A DNA stretch of 64,000 nt, from contig CM039004.1 of NCBI GenBank assembly GCA_017499595.2, positions 2,542,001-2,606,000 of the forward strand. The letters are read 5' to 3'. Positions 37,142-52,345 of this stretch are shown here, one piece after another. Source of the stretch: Psilocybe cubensis (lineage: Eukaryota). The notes beneath the pieces were generated by a model that did no database searches, had not been told where the DNA came from, and saw nothing but the letters and a program-made list of their open reading frames with translations. A program made the translations under genes and the position numbers. Numbering within the stretch: position 1 is the first letter of the stretch; each line of letters begins with the position of its first letter.

Positions 37142-40100
37142 GTTGAGGACTCCTCTTGCGCTGCACGAGTTCTGCTCTTTGCTGGTTGCGTGGTCGTCGT
37201 GGTTGTTGTAAGGGTTTCCTTGGATAATTCAGGGATGCCGTTACTATCCTTTCAGAAGGAAACGTGGCCTGAGCTTCTCCTGTGAGACTGATGAATTGAT
37301 TGTGTGTGTATTTGTTGAGAAGGGAAGAAAGGGTGTGTAGCTTAAGTGATTCTTCGCAAGGCTGACAACAAATGATGTCCAATGTTCTGTGAGCAAACAA
37401 ATATGTCAGCGACCACAATCAAAATAGAGAGATCATTTTAAAAATAATTAAAAAAAAGATGAGAGCACTACATTTGTTCGTCAAGTGAATCCGAGTGAAA
37501 GAGATGTAAAGGCAACGGAGTGATTTAAAGAGGAGTGGGCATGAGTAATGAGTGCCAAAATAGAATAGGCACATATGTGTCTGATTTGGCTCAGAGGCCC
37601 AGCTGCGCATCTAAACACGACGTTGAGGGCTGGCACGGTATCCTGCGAAGCAGATCCAGAAGTAGCACCGAGTACAAGCCAAAGAACAAGCCATCAACAT
37701 GCAAAGATGAGACACGCTTGACTCAACCCGGAGGGGAGGCGTCGTACTCTTGGGGCTCAAGTGTACGCAAATGGATGTGTTGGTCGGCCTCGCAGCTACA
37801 AACAAATCCATCCAACAAGATACATCGCCAATTGTTTTTGAGCTGATGAACAACACATCACATACACCGGGAGGTGACGTGGACCCATCGACGGAAATAA
37901 TAGCAAATCGTTCCGGGTGCATGACAAACCACATCTGCCATCCCGCTGCTGAGAGAAAACACTGCCCGACGGCAAAGGACGTCAAGGAAGACAGAACAAT
38001 CCATCCTCCACGCTGCGTCTACCAGCCAGTGTACAATCTCCTGGACCGACATACGGCAAGATCCTAGCCCACGCCCAACCCAGCTCCTCCATCAGAACCG
38101 AAAGCAACCAGGGAAATGGAAAAAAGCGAGGAAGAAAAGAAAGGGACAATGCACACCTCGTTTCCCCCTCCTCCTACAAATTTGCCCCGACGATCACAGA
38201 CAGTGCTCAATTTGCAATTGGTCCACCTGCTCCCTTCCTGTCTTTTCTTCCCTTCGTATCAAGTCTCTCTGGAAATTCTAGAACCAGAGAGTAGATCCTC
38301 GAAAGTTTGTCCCTCGAGCGAGATTACCAGCGAGATGCGTGAAAGAGGACAAATAGAAATGATAAAATACGCTTATAAAGAGAGCGTGGTCATGCAACGG
38401 TCGAAAATGTGTGTATGTGTGTGATTCGCTCCTGCTTTGCGTTTTTGAGCGTTTTGCGAGATTGTTATAAATCACACAAAAGGGACGGAAAGGAAGTTGT
38501 GTGGCGAGAATTAAATTTGGGGTATATCACGAAATCAGTTCGTGACGATTTGTGTCGCCGATTGCCGGAGGGGATTTCCAATTCCTTCTTACTCCTAACA
38601 TTAAGTTTTTTGTTATTTTTTTTCTTTTCATTTCCAGCAGGAACCGCTCACACTTGCAGGACCTTCGGGCGTTTGACACAGAAACAGAATATATAGATAA
38701 TGATATCGATACCAACACAAAGCGAAAGTAAAAGAAAACACTATGTAGTTACTAATGCAGAACAATAAAAACAATCACTGCAGACTGGCAGCCCAAATAC
38801 CGAAACAACGAAGCGAAGGCAACCCTCCTCCTCGTGTTCGGACACAAACTACAATCTACAAAATTATAAAACGTCCTCTGCATCGTATCAATGTACGTAG
38901 TAACAACCGGGTACCAAAAGGGTAAGGGCGAAAAAAGAAAGAAAAAAAAGAACAAGGGAAGAAAGAAAGAAAACAAACATCAAATCTCGAACAAGAGTGC
39001 TGAAAGAAAAGTGACCTAAATCTTACAATCGTCTTGTGCTGCAACAAAAAATCACATCATGACAAAGAAAAGAAAAAACATAAGAAGAAAAAAGGCGGTG
39101 AAAGGGGGCAAATGACAACGACAGTGAATAGCTCGATAGCGGGTAGAAGAATGGCGCTACCGCCGCGAGGTCGCAGTGTACGCCGAAAGATACAGGGTCA
39201 GGGTGCCGGGTGGTTCATCGAAAGGGATCCGTCGCTATTCCCGCAAAAATGAATAAATTAACGCCTGGAAGTTGCCTTTAATGTATTGAAGGGTATCATA
39301 TCCTATCGATACCGGCGGTGGGTTTCGCAAAAGGTTGAAGGGATCGATGGCGGGCGGGTATCAACATGAACAAGCAAGCGAAGACAATGTGATACAAAAT
39401 TGCGAATATGGTGGCCGACAGCGATGAGGGCGGGGGCGGAAACGGGTCTAGGAAGGACGACGATGGTAAGACGATGCAGATGCAACTTTGCCCGTGGAGA
39501 ACGAAAAAAAGGCTCGATATAATAATGATGACGATGATGACGAATGAATTGGATTGAAATGCGTACGTTGCACGTCCATGCATATAACAAAAAAATGAGG
39601 AAAAACAAAGGTCGTAAAAAAGGGTAGGTGGATAGGACACGTATAAGAGGCGGGGCTCGGGGGTGGAGTGAAGAGGTCAAAATGAATTGATCCTAAATCA
39701 TTCGCCAACCAACCCGTTTTTTAAAAAATTAAGATACTAATCTGTTGTGGGTGGGTAATCGGATTGGTATGGTAATGGTATCATATGCCCGCGTCTATCT
39801 GTATGTAAATTGTGCCGGCGGTTTGTATCTTCTATCTGTACGATCTTTCTCGTTGTGTGAATGCGAATGTGAATGTATGATAATGCGATGTGGAATGCGA
39901 TGTAGATGCGATGAGGTGATGCATGATAGGTGTGGAAAAAATACGAGAACGAAAACCATTAACCGAATATCGAATTGGGCGGTGGATGTTTTGGGAGAAG
40001 TTTGATGCATGCGTACATGCATGATATTAGATTGTGCGCGAAAACAACTCGATATGTGGGGTGTGTGTGTGGGTGTAGGTAGAATGGTGTAGCGGTTATT

Positions 40101-40606
40101 AGGTCGTCGTCGTAGGTGTCTTTATCATACAACATACATTCTAGAATCATACAGAGGAAAGAGAAGAGAAAAGCTGAAAACAAAGGGTCCCTCTATCCGG
40201 CATAATGATGGTTGTAACGTGTGTCGAAGCCGCCTAAAAGGTGGAAAGAAATGTTTTGCATGAATGCAACGGACGCGACGAGTCATTACAGAGCAGCACA
40301 AAATAGGTCATTGACCCTGCGACAACAAGAGGTTCTATATCTCGATGTCACAGAAGTCGTCATGTCGTGAATGGAGATTCAGGTCGAGGAAGGGGTCGAG
40401 GTCGAGAGTTGATGGGAACAGAAGGAAAAAGTTCATGGCTCGGTGAATTTTTTTTTGGTTTTATGGAGTGTGGTTTCTGTTTCTGTGCATAGATGGGCAA
40501 TAGCATAGTTGAAGCGATAAGAGGAAAGGAGACAGAGGGCATAGACGAAAAAACCAAGGGAGGAGAAGATAGCCTTCCGCCTCCGCTTCAGTGGCAAACA
40601 AGAAAT

Positions 40607-42751
<2,145 letters not shown>

Positions 42752-43001
42752 ATTAGTCGTAGAAATAAAGGTCTGTGGATTTTAGAGAGAGATTCCTTTC
42801 GTAAAAATGAAAGAGAAAGAGAAAAGTGTTGTTCTAAGATGGGGAAGATCAAAGAGCGGTCTGCCTATAACAGAAAAAATTGTCCGAGCTCCAGCAAAGG
42901 CTGACATAAGCACCTCCTTTCTCAGGGGCACGTGCTGATGCGTCGATCGACGCACGCGAAATTAAGGACGTGGCAGAGAGCACTGTCGATTAGCTACTAC
43001 C

Positions 43002-43875
43002 ATGTCCCACTCGCATACCCATGCCCCCGGCGAGGAGCACTCCCACTCACATGGCCCCCAGCAGCCCCAGCCCCAGCCCCAGATGCCCCAGCCAGACCCC
43101 GCCATGCAAGCCCTCATCGACCAGGACTATATTCCTTCCCCACTCACCCTCTCCGCAGACAACGCCAACGCTCTTTGCAGTGCCCACAAGCTCGAAAAGT
43201 GTGATGACTGCAATGTCGACTTTATCAATGTGAACCGTCTTTCGCGGCTGCTCGTCGCCAACCCCAACCTGCTCTGCCCGCCACCCAGCAATATCGTCTC
43301 GCAGAAGCTCACACAGATGGTCGTGTCGACCAAGGATGAGGGAAATGTGAGTTGGCCTGTTCGTGCGCTCTTCTAAATTTACACAATTCAATTGCGCACA
43401 GGTTCTGTTCAAAGCTGGCAACGCCCTCCAGGCAGTCGCTAAATATACCACCGCCGCGTCGCTTGCCGTCCAGCGTCCGCCTTGGGAGGACAACCGATTT
43501 ATGCGGGAAGAACTCTCCACCGCCATCTCTAATCGCTCGGCGGCTTACTTTGATCTCCACGACTACATCTCCGCTCTCGCCGACGCAGAGACTGTTATTT
43601 CTATCCGACGCAATTGGAGCAAGGGTCATTTCCGAAAAGCAAAAGCTCTGCTGGGCCTTGGTCGCTACCGCGAAGCTGCCGATGCGGTCCGTCTAGGATT
43701 AGATTTTGAGCCAACAAGCAATGTGAGTGTCCTTTACATGTCTCTCCGTGTATGCACCTTAATATTTGTTCAGGAACTACTCTCTTTTCTGGCCGACATT
43801 GAGCGCGTCGAAAAGAGAATGGATGAAAAGAAGTTAGAGGCCAGACAAGCAAAAACCGAGCCTGTATCTTCATGA
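43002..43875 (+). CDS. SEC72: Translocation protein Sec72-like TPR protein, 3 exons
   Basis: His-rich N-terminus, PPP..VSQKL..KDEGN/LFK, RPPWE, SNRSAAY and WSKGHFRKAKAL TPR motifs; introns about 43348-43401 and 43723-43773. Confidence 0.85.
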
Positions 43876-44057
43876 TACCCTACATGTTATTATTCCACTC
43901 ATGTTGTACTATTCTTCCCCTGATCCATCGTTATCTTATACTTGGAGTTTTCTTGCTAATGCCGTCCTATTATGACACTTGTCACTGACACAGCTACCAA
44001 CGCTGCTGAAACGAAGCGCCCTCAAAGATGCGTCTAAAAATAGAATGGCTTGGACAA

Positions 44058-44717
44058 TAGGGGAGGTCAGAGTGGACGATTCGGAGGCGATTCGCGAACG
44101 ATTCAGGTCAGGATTCAAGACCGATTCTGACGCAGAAATTTGCTTCCGAAGCGCGATTCACTCTGACCCCCCCATTTCAAAACTTCGATTCACCTTCGAT
44201 TCAGTAGGCGATTCACGGTAGTATTAGCCGAGTATTTTACTACTTTGATGCTAGCCTCCTTCTGTTTGGCCCGCCGTGTAGATTTTGCTTTTTTGGCCTG
44301 TGTTTTGGTAGGATTCTTGGGTAACGTGGTCTTGCTGAGCGATTTTGACGATGCTGAACGAGTTGTACGACTCGAATTTTTGGCGGCCATAGTGAGAGCC
44401 TCACAGAAAGAGTCTGTGTATCACACCAGCCCTCACGATGATGGAGAAAAATCTTGATCATGTCAAGATCAAATATATAATTAGGTAAATTGAAAATAAT
44501 TAATAAATTAAATACTGCTCGATTCTGCTGAGTAGAATCAAGCTGTTGAATCGTCTCTGAATCGTCGAAGCGGCTCCCAGAGCCGCTTCGACGATTCAGC
44601 GATTCGGCGATTCACGTTCTGAGGCGATTCAGCGTCTTCCCACGCTTTTGATGACCAGAATCGTCTCTGAATCGTGTCGCTGAATCGCCTCCGAATCGTC
44701 CACTCTGACCTCCCCTA
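44058..44717. mobile_element. Non-autonomous DNA transposon (MITE-like deletion derivative, hAT-like ends)
   Basis: Perfect 36-bp TIR TAGGGGAGGTCAGAGTGGACGATTCGGAGGCGATTC (44058-44093) with its reverse complement at 44682-44717; about 20 subterminal CGATTC/GAATCG motifs; short internal ORF remnant 44190-44390 (-). Confidence 0.9.
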
Positions 44718-44759
44718 ATTGCTATACGGTTTATTCTTAACTCTAACTACATCGCTGCT

Positions 44760-46270
44760 TCAGATACCTTGAAACACAGACTCTGGCAATGGATCCAACT
44801 GCTTCTTTGGCGGAGGTGTCAAGTACTCTTTCGCAATCTTCTCGACCTCGGGATCGACCTTGGTCAACTCCTCCAGAAGATTATCCTGCATTACCAACTA
44901 TTAACATTCACCCTCCTGAATAAAAACAAGTACAACACTCACCCAGAGCAAATCCTGCGCCTTTCGCCCCTCCTCCCCAATCACATAATCGCTGGGCTCG
45001 GAAATGGACGCATTTGAGATATACGCTCCCTTCATCTTCGCCTCTCTCTCCCTCGTGCGCTGGCGCGCACTACCGCCTCCTGCAGCATTCTCGCTCTCAT
45101 CGCATCCCAGCGCTGCCCACACGACTTGACGGCTGCCCTCCTCCGCCGTGCGCGCGAGCACCCTCTCCATGAACCAGTCGAACCACGCGCGCGGCCCGGT
45201 GTAGGTGGAGCGCAGGTTCGAGTAGCAGTAGCCTGGGTTTACGGCGTTGACGATGATGCTTGCGGGTGGCTCGTCAGTGGTGAGGTCCGGAAGGACTTCT
45301 TTGCTGGCTTCGTCGTTTGTGGAGTCGAGGTTGAGGCGGTCATTGAGCGCGCGTGTGAAAAGGATGTTCAAAACTTGATTGATAATTCAATAAGATCCAT
45401 CAGCATATTCTCCTTTCCCCGCGTCCAAATCAGAGCTCACGTTTCGTCTCGGCGTATCTGTTCCCCTGAGTTCTGTGATTTGCACGTCAACGTCTTGGTG
45501 AATAGCACATATGATGGCTCTGGGAGTTGTGAACTCACTTTGATGTAAAATTATCCAATCCTCCGTATGCCTTCAACGGGTTAGGCGCCTCCAGGATGGC
45601 CGGGTCGATTTTGGCCCAATAGTGGACTTCACTAGAAACCACCACAATCCGTGGCGTGACGTCATACTCTTTGGCCGTCTGCACCATAGTTGGGAGGAGC
45701 AGGAGCGCAAGGAGCGACGTCGCGAGGTAGTTGACTTGGAAACTATAACGATTAACATATATTGTGTTGTGTAGTTAAATAGTTTTGGCGCCCGTACCTA
45801 GTTTCCCAGCCGTCTGGTGTGGTTTCAAACTTGGCAGAGGGGAGGATCGCAGCGTTCTCGACAAGAATGTCGAGCCGTCCCCCGCCCTCCTTTTCAAAGC
45901 GCTCAGCAAACGCCTTGACAGATGCGAATTCGCCCAGATTGAGAATCCACAGCTCTACGTTCTCGCACCCCGTCTCCTTCTTAATCTCTAAATAAAAGGG
46001 GGTAAAAAATCGAAAAAATGTGATTGAGGAATTTAGCGTCATGTCTCAATCAATATACTCACGCTCAACGGCGGCATCGCCCCGCTCTTTGCTCCTGCAC
46101 GCGAGGATAAGCCGTGCGGGCTTCATCCGCGCAAAGTGTTTCGCTGTCTCTAATCCGATGCCAATATTTGCCCCAGTGACGATGATTGTCTTCCCCCTGA
46201 GATCCCTCACGATTACTGGCGCTACGGGACTCCGCTGCTGGCTAATGAACTGCCCGATAGTGAGCTGCAT
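44760..46270 (-). CDS. Short-chain dehydrogenase/reductase, SDR-4
   Basis: [40 protein letters not shown] and EPSDY; last exon [12 protein letters not shown]...FQGI*. Confidence 0.92.
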
Positions 46271-47394
46271 GGTTTAAAGTCTGTTACGAATCTGTTGGTG
46301 GATGAGAAGGGTAGGTGTATTGGTGAGGATGGAGTGAAAGGGAGAGAGAAAGGAAAAGGGAAAAAATAAAGATGGAATGGAAGAAATGTTTGCTTTGTCG
46401 CAGTCATATTAGAGACACTGTGCGGATGAATCACTTTGTAGTGTCTTGTCTCATAATTATCACCATCCCTTCACAACTTAGGAAGGACCGTGATTCCCCT
46501 ACAGCAGACATTCGTCTGGATTGTGAACTCAGCAACAGGTTACAACAACAACATTGCTGTGTAGCTAGATTCCTGGAACGGAATTTTAATGGAGGAACTG
46601 TGTAATGACATGAGAGACGGGCGCTTATTCATGACAATGGCAAATGATATTCAACAATGACATCACTGCTGAAATTTGCCCCTGAATACTGACAGTCCGT
46701 ATTCTTCAAAAATCAAATGGAACTTGAAAACGAAATCCGTGTTTGATGCCGCAGTGGTAGTAACATACAGCTTACTGAACTACCCTGGCGATCTACAGAG
46801 TACCGAATCATTGCTCTGACAGTAAGTATAGTACGCGTATACCTGACTACGCAAATCATATTGCTTAATTATCTCAAAACGAAGAAGAACATGCCTCTGC
46901 ACATGCTTTGTATCTGTAATAATCATCTACGTTCATCAGCAGGCTTATAACACAAAATTGACTCGTTGAAGATCATGCCGCAGCCCTTGCGCGTATCGGC
47001 GAATCAAATATAAAGTTTGCGTGGAAAAATCAACCATCCCGGCATTGCAGCCGAGGCCCGAGATGGTGTCGGTGTTGTTTTTAACTCTCACCGCGAAAGT
47101 GTTTTTTCGCTCATACCCAAAATCAAATCATCTCAAAGTTAAAGTCATTGGGGCCGGTTCGGCAGATGTGAGGTCGGAGGATAATCCTACGCTTCCAATA
47201 GTCTTGGTGTGAGTAATCCATTCGTTGCATGCCGGGATTTTTTAGGTATGTGCCGTTCATGGATCCTTGCAGCCTGAGGTCATAGGAAAGTGCTATAAAT
47301 GCGCCTTCTCCAAGGACGAATGTATAATCGACGCCTGCCTTCATAACCTACCAACCATCCACTACGCTATACGACAACAACCCCTTCGCTTGCA

Positions 47395-48734
47395 ATGGGA
47401 CAGCTCACACCTTTCGGGTTTTTCAAGGATCAGTGGACCACAGTTCCCCCAGTCGTGAAGGTCGATTTGACAGGGAAGACAGCCATTGTTACCGGTGCCA
47501 ACTCCGGAATAGGCCTCGAGACAGCGAAGCATCTCGCGCGTATGAACCCAGGGAGACTCATTATAACTTGCAGAAGTAAAGAAAAGGGAGAAGAAGCAGC
47601 GAAACGTAAGTCATTAAGCTGCATTCCAATTGGCATCAAAATGACTGGATGCCTCGTAATTACTTCGTAATCTCTCAGAAATTATGCAAGCGACGGGTTA
47701 TACGGCCATTGAAGCGTGGATTCTTGACTTGGTCGATTTTTCTTCTGTGAAAGCATTTGCAGAGCGCTACGATCAGGAAGGTGGCCGCTTGGATATTGTC
47801 ATACAAAATGCCGCAGTTGCATACCCTGGGGAAGAGCAATACACGGAGGATGGATGGGAATTATCGTATGAAATATCTCATTTCCGTGCTGATGTTCTTC
47901 TAACTATCAGCAATCCTGTAGCACGAAAGTCAACAACTTATCAACTTCTCTGTTGACCCTTTTGCTACTTCCTCGAATGCTTGACACGGCACAGAGATAT
48001 AACACCACACCGAGAATAGTGATTGCTGCCAGCGAAACACACTTCTGGGTCGAACTTGACAAGGACGTTATCAACTCGCCCAACTTTTTCAGAACCTACG
48101 CACATAAAGAAATTTCTACTCCGTGCGCATTTGTGTTGTTTTTATCCTGTTGTCGGTTCCTCATCTGTATCTTTCCTTAGCGCCAACGAGCGATATCGCG
48201 GTACAAAGCGTACGTGGTCTGGCAATATTGACCGTCGAACTGTTAATGACATCCACATTGCTTCAGTCCTAAACATCTTGTTTGCTAGGGCCCTCAACGA
48301 CAGACTCCATCGCAAACCTATCATCGTAAATGCACCTAATCCCGGCTTTTGCGCCTCGGGTATTTTACGAAATTATAACACTTTGCCTCTGCGCATAAGG
48401 ACCTGGTTTATGGAGCTTCTTCTCGCACGAACCCCCGAACAGGGCAGCCGTCAGTTCGTCTGGGCAGCAATTGGTGGAGAAGAGAAAAAGGACGAACTTC
48501 GCGGAACTTATATATCTCTAGCTCAGGTGTCTGAACCCAGCGATTATATTCTCAGCGAAGAAGGAAAATTTGCTCAAGACAAGATTTGGGTATGAATCTC
48601 TCCTACTGCGTTCCCTATAAGCACATTAACAACAACTCTGACAGGCGGATCTTATTGCTGAATTGACGAGGATCGACACAAGAATTCAGAATATTGCGCA
48701 GGATTGCCTTACAATTCCAGCACCTGTCGTTTAA
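47395..48734 (+). CDS. Short-chain dehydrogenase/reductase, SDR-5
   Basis: TGANSGIG, RLDIVIQNAA, YRGTK, PNPGFC and EQGSRQFVWAA; five introns. Confidence 0.93.
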
Positions 48735-49271
48735 GTGTACTAGAACATGGACATAGTCACAACTTTCCACACCAATGAATTTTTGTGCAAGCTGTTAGTG
48801 TATCTGGTGTAAGTCTTATCAATCTGCCTATAATCCTATTAAATAAGAAGCGTAGCTCAAGTGCGAAACGGTGCAGCCCTTACACTCCTTTAACAGGTCT
48901 TTTTTGTGAACTGAACGTTGAAAAATATATCAGGCCGCAGGCCGTAGTCCATGCGCCGCAGATCATCTATTGTCGAGTCGGGCCAAAATAAGCACAGCTG
49001 GAGTAATGTTCTCTTGCTCCATTGGTACTTACGAACGCCAGTCACAAAATTTACAGGCATGACTGGCCGATTACCCCCACGAGCCGCCTTTATGAACCCG
49101 AAAAATTGTGTTATACTGTAGGTAATCTTAGTAACACAACTTCCGACAGATCATTCCAATGAACTCAGCACTGAACCATTGACAAGATATAAAGGTGAAT
49201 GATTCAGATTCGTTCTGACAGCTCGCTGCCTCACAGTCCCAAATTTGAAGTTTGCTCTGGCCATTGTTAAT

Positions 49272-50631
49272 ATGCCTCAACCATCTTTCACTCAGGAGTT
49301 CTCCGATCAATTTCATCCTCCTCCTGTAACATATGTCGATTTGACAGGAAAAACTGCCATTGTTATTGGCGCCAACACAGGCATTGGGCTCGAAGCAGCC
49401 AAGCATTTTGCACGTATGAATCCTGGAAGGCTCATCCTTGGATGTCGGAGTAAGGAGAGAGGAGAGATGGCTGGCCTTGGTGAGTTGCATGTCTGTTTAA
49501 ATTGTTAACATTTCAACTGAACGAAAAGAAACCAGAAATTAACGCAGAGACGAACTACGACAAAACTGAAGTTTGGAATATTGACTTGTCCAAATTCTCT
49601 TCAGTCGTATCATTTGCTGAGCGAGTTCAAAATGATGGCGGAAGGTTGGACATTGTCGTCGCAAATGCTGGCATCGCTGCGTCGTCGCTCGAGTTCACGG
49701 AAGATGGTTGGGAGTCAACGTGAGAGCCTGCATACACATTAATTAATCGGCTTCTGATGATCTGACCCTTTACCCTTTTCATACTAGATATCAGATTAAT
49801 TACATATCTGGCGCGCTTCTGTCGCTCTTGCTGTTCCCCAGAATGCTCGAGACGGCCAAAGAGTACAACACAACACCACGAATTACATTAGTCGTCAGTC
49901 GGCTTCACTATCTTGCCAAGTTTGATACAAACTTGATCGACTCGCCAAATGCTCTACGGCTTTTAGGCCACAAAGACCATTTCATGGACCGGTGATTGCC
50001 ACTTTTCCTGAAGAGTAAAATAAATTTATGTTGATATTAACTTTTCTTCGCAGATTAAAGCAGAGGAAATACAATGGTGACGACATATACGCAGAGTCTA
50101 AGCGTGAGATTAGAGTTGACCTCACACAATAAACTACTGATTTTGTGCTGGGAGTAGTGTTGGGCGTCTATTTTGCCCGCTCATTCGCTGACAGACTGGG
50201 TGACAAACCGCTCATAATCAATACCGTTGATCCAGGATTCTGTAATTCCTCCATTGGACGATACAAGAAAGGGGTCGATTCGTTCATCTTTGGTCTTCTT
50301 TCGAAAGCGATCGGACGGACCCCAGAGGAAGGGAGTCGGCAACTTGTATGGGCAGCCGTTGGTGGTGAGAACGAAAAGGGGCGTCTACGAGGAGCATTCG
50401 TGGACATGGCGTCAAAGGTAGGTAGCTTAAGCGCCTATGGAGAGAGTGAAGCAGGCCGCACTGCTCAGGACAAATTATGGGTACGTAAATCTGTGCACTT
50501 GTGCAAATTATCGGCGAATTTTGTTACCTAACTTGAAACGGTTTTTCAAGGATAATCTCATTGAAGAACTGACTCAAATCAATTCAAATGTCCAGATATA
50601 TGCCAAAAAATACTTAAGTGGACCAGTTTAG
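49272..50631 (+). CDS. Short-chain dehydrogenase/reductase, SDR-6
   Basis: IGANTGIG, RLDIVVANAG, YAESK, VDPGFC and EEGSRQLVWAA; five introns. Confidence 0.93.
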
Positions 50632-50952
50632 TGTGTCATGTTAATGTAATGTTCGATAGAGCAATAATCCCGAGTTATATTGCAGATTCATGGGCATCCA
50701 AATTAGATATGTTACGTTGTCTATCTTGTCAGAACTCGACTCCGCCCTTCCTGCACCGCTCTTGAAATGAAAATATGGGCAACCAAATTAAATTAAGATT
50801 TCTGTAACCACATACATTCCAACTTTATCGAACGGAAGTTTACAATCACAAGAAAGATTCGGTAGCCTCGGTGAATACGTTCCAGAGAGACGCCGTGCAG
50901 CGGCTACTCTACCAGCTGGATCATGCAGACCATTTTCTATAAGCCGGGTCGT

Positions 50953-52345
50953 CTAATCCCCAATATTTTGTAACTCTGTGTCTTTGCTGTCCGTTGCAAG
51001 ATACCTTCCTGGATGAAAGACATTGACTGTATACATAGCCAACACAATCATTAAGCCATCCATAATGTCTATTTTTAGACGAGATGTAAACACATTGTTC
51101 GAGTTGATTAAGAAGGATTAACTCACTGAAATACATTTGTGTACGCATTACGGGACCTTCCCACCCCTCCGAAAGCTCTATCACACGGTAAATGGACCTT
51201 ATACACAACAAGATCAGTCTTTTACTTCCGAAAGGTTTGTATGTTCACATACCTGACAAGGAAAAACACAGTACTGAGAAGTACTCCATATAATATCAAT
51301 TTGATATTCGGAGTCATCCTTGATTTTACTTCCGTATTCAAGAGCTTTCGCATCGATTCATCACTTCGTCCTTGAAAAGGCATATTTTTGTAGAAACGTA
51401 TCAAGAACTCCGCGGCCAGCACAGAGAAACCAATTATCACCACTACGATAAGACCGTATCAATCTTCACTATGAACGCAGTATCAAAATAAGAAAGCTCA
51501 CCTAGCTGGACAACTATACCCACTAGCATGATACGAGAGCCCTGGGTGATACATCAGAATAATTTTATATCACAGACAAGTGCGTTACATGCTCACTAGA
51601 TCTATTTGGCTAGGGTTGTCCGTCGCCGAGGCTGCTATACCACCACCTCCACCTTGAACCACAAGAGCTAACACGTCCTAAGAAGCAAGAATTAGATATG
51701 TCCCTTGGGTTTCAAGGAGTCGGCCACATACACATGTACAAAACACAACTGTATCTTCAAAAAAATGTGAATTTCTAGTAGGAATAACTCAAATTGATAT
51801 TTACATCTTTTGGGTTGAAGTCGACTAAAAGATGGGCCAAGACGTTTAATGATCTGTCCGAAGATAACAAAGGTGGCTGCAAGCAGTGGAGTCGGAGCAA
51901 AGACGAGACAGGTGGCTCTGCAACCAGCGCCAACGGTCAGCAAGTTAACATAGAGAATATAACATACACTGACTGGAGTTTATATGCCGTCATTGACTGT
52001 GGAGAGAAAGCCGACCACAAGCGCCCGATCCAACCCGCGAATTCCAGCATGCCACATACTCCAGCGGTATATATCAAATACCATTTTCGATATTTGATTG
52101 CTTGGACACAGTGTATAACTGTAAGAGGTACATCAGAACCTCTGGCTCCAAGATGTGCCATTAGTCGCAGTGCGCACCTGTGGAGACCAAGAAGAGCGAA
52201 ACAAAGATTATGGTGGCTGCCTTGGAGGGTATATAACCATAAAGGGCATCATCTGTTCTAGCATGAGGTTCTATTTCACTGGTGTTAGCATCACAGCAAA
52301 ATTCCTGCAGGTTTACTACTTACCTGCAGGTTCGGTAGCAGACAT
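50953..52345 (-). CDS. RTA1-family multi-pass membrane protein (lipid-translocating exporter-like)
   Basis: LYGYIPS, LEFAGWIGRLWS, APTPLLAA, LVVQGGGGGIAA, RSIYRVIELSEGW and VFHPGRYL motifs across short exons. Confidence 0.9.

Noticed and set aside
37288-37365. Possible box C/D snoRNA (TGATGA...CTGA) on the plus strand
   Set aside because: Imperfect C box, no terminal stem or recognisable rRNA guide, and antisense to a likely splice-acceptor region.
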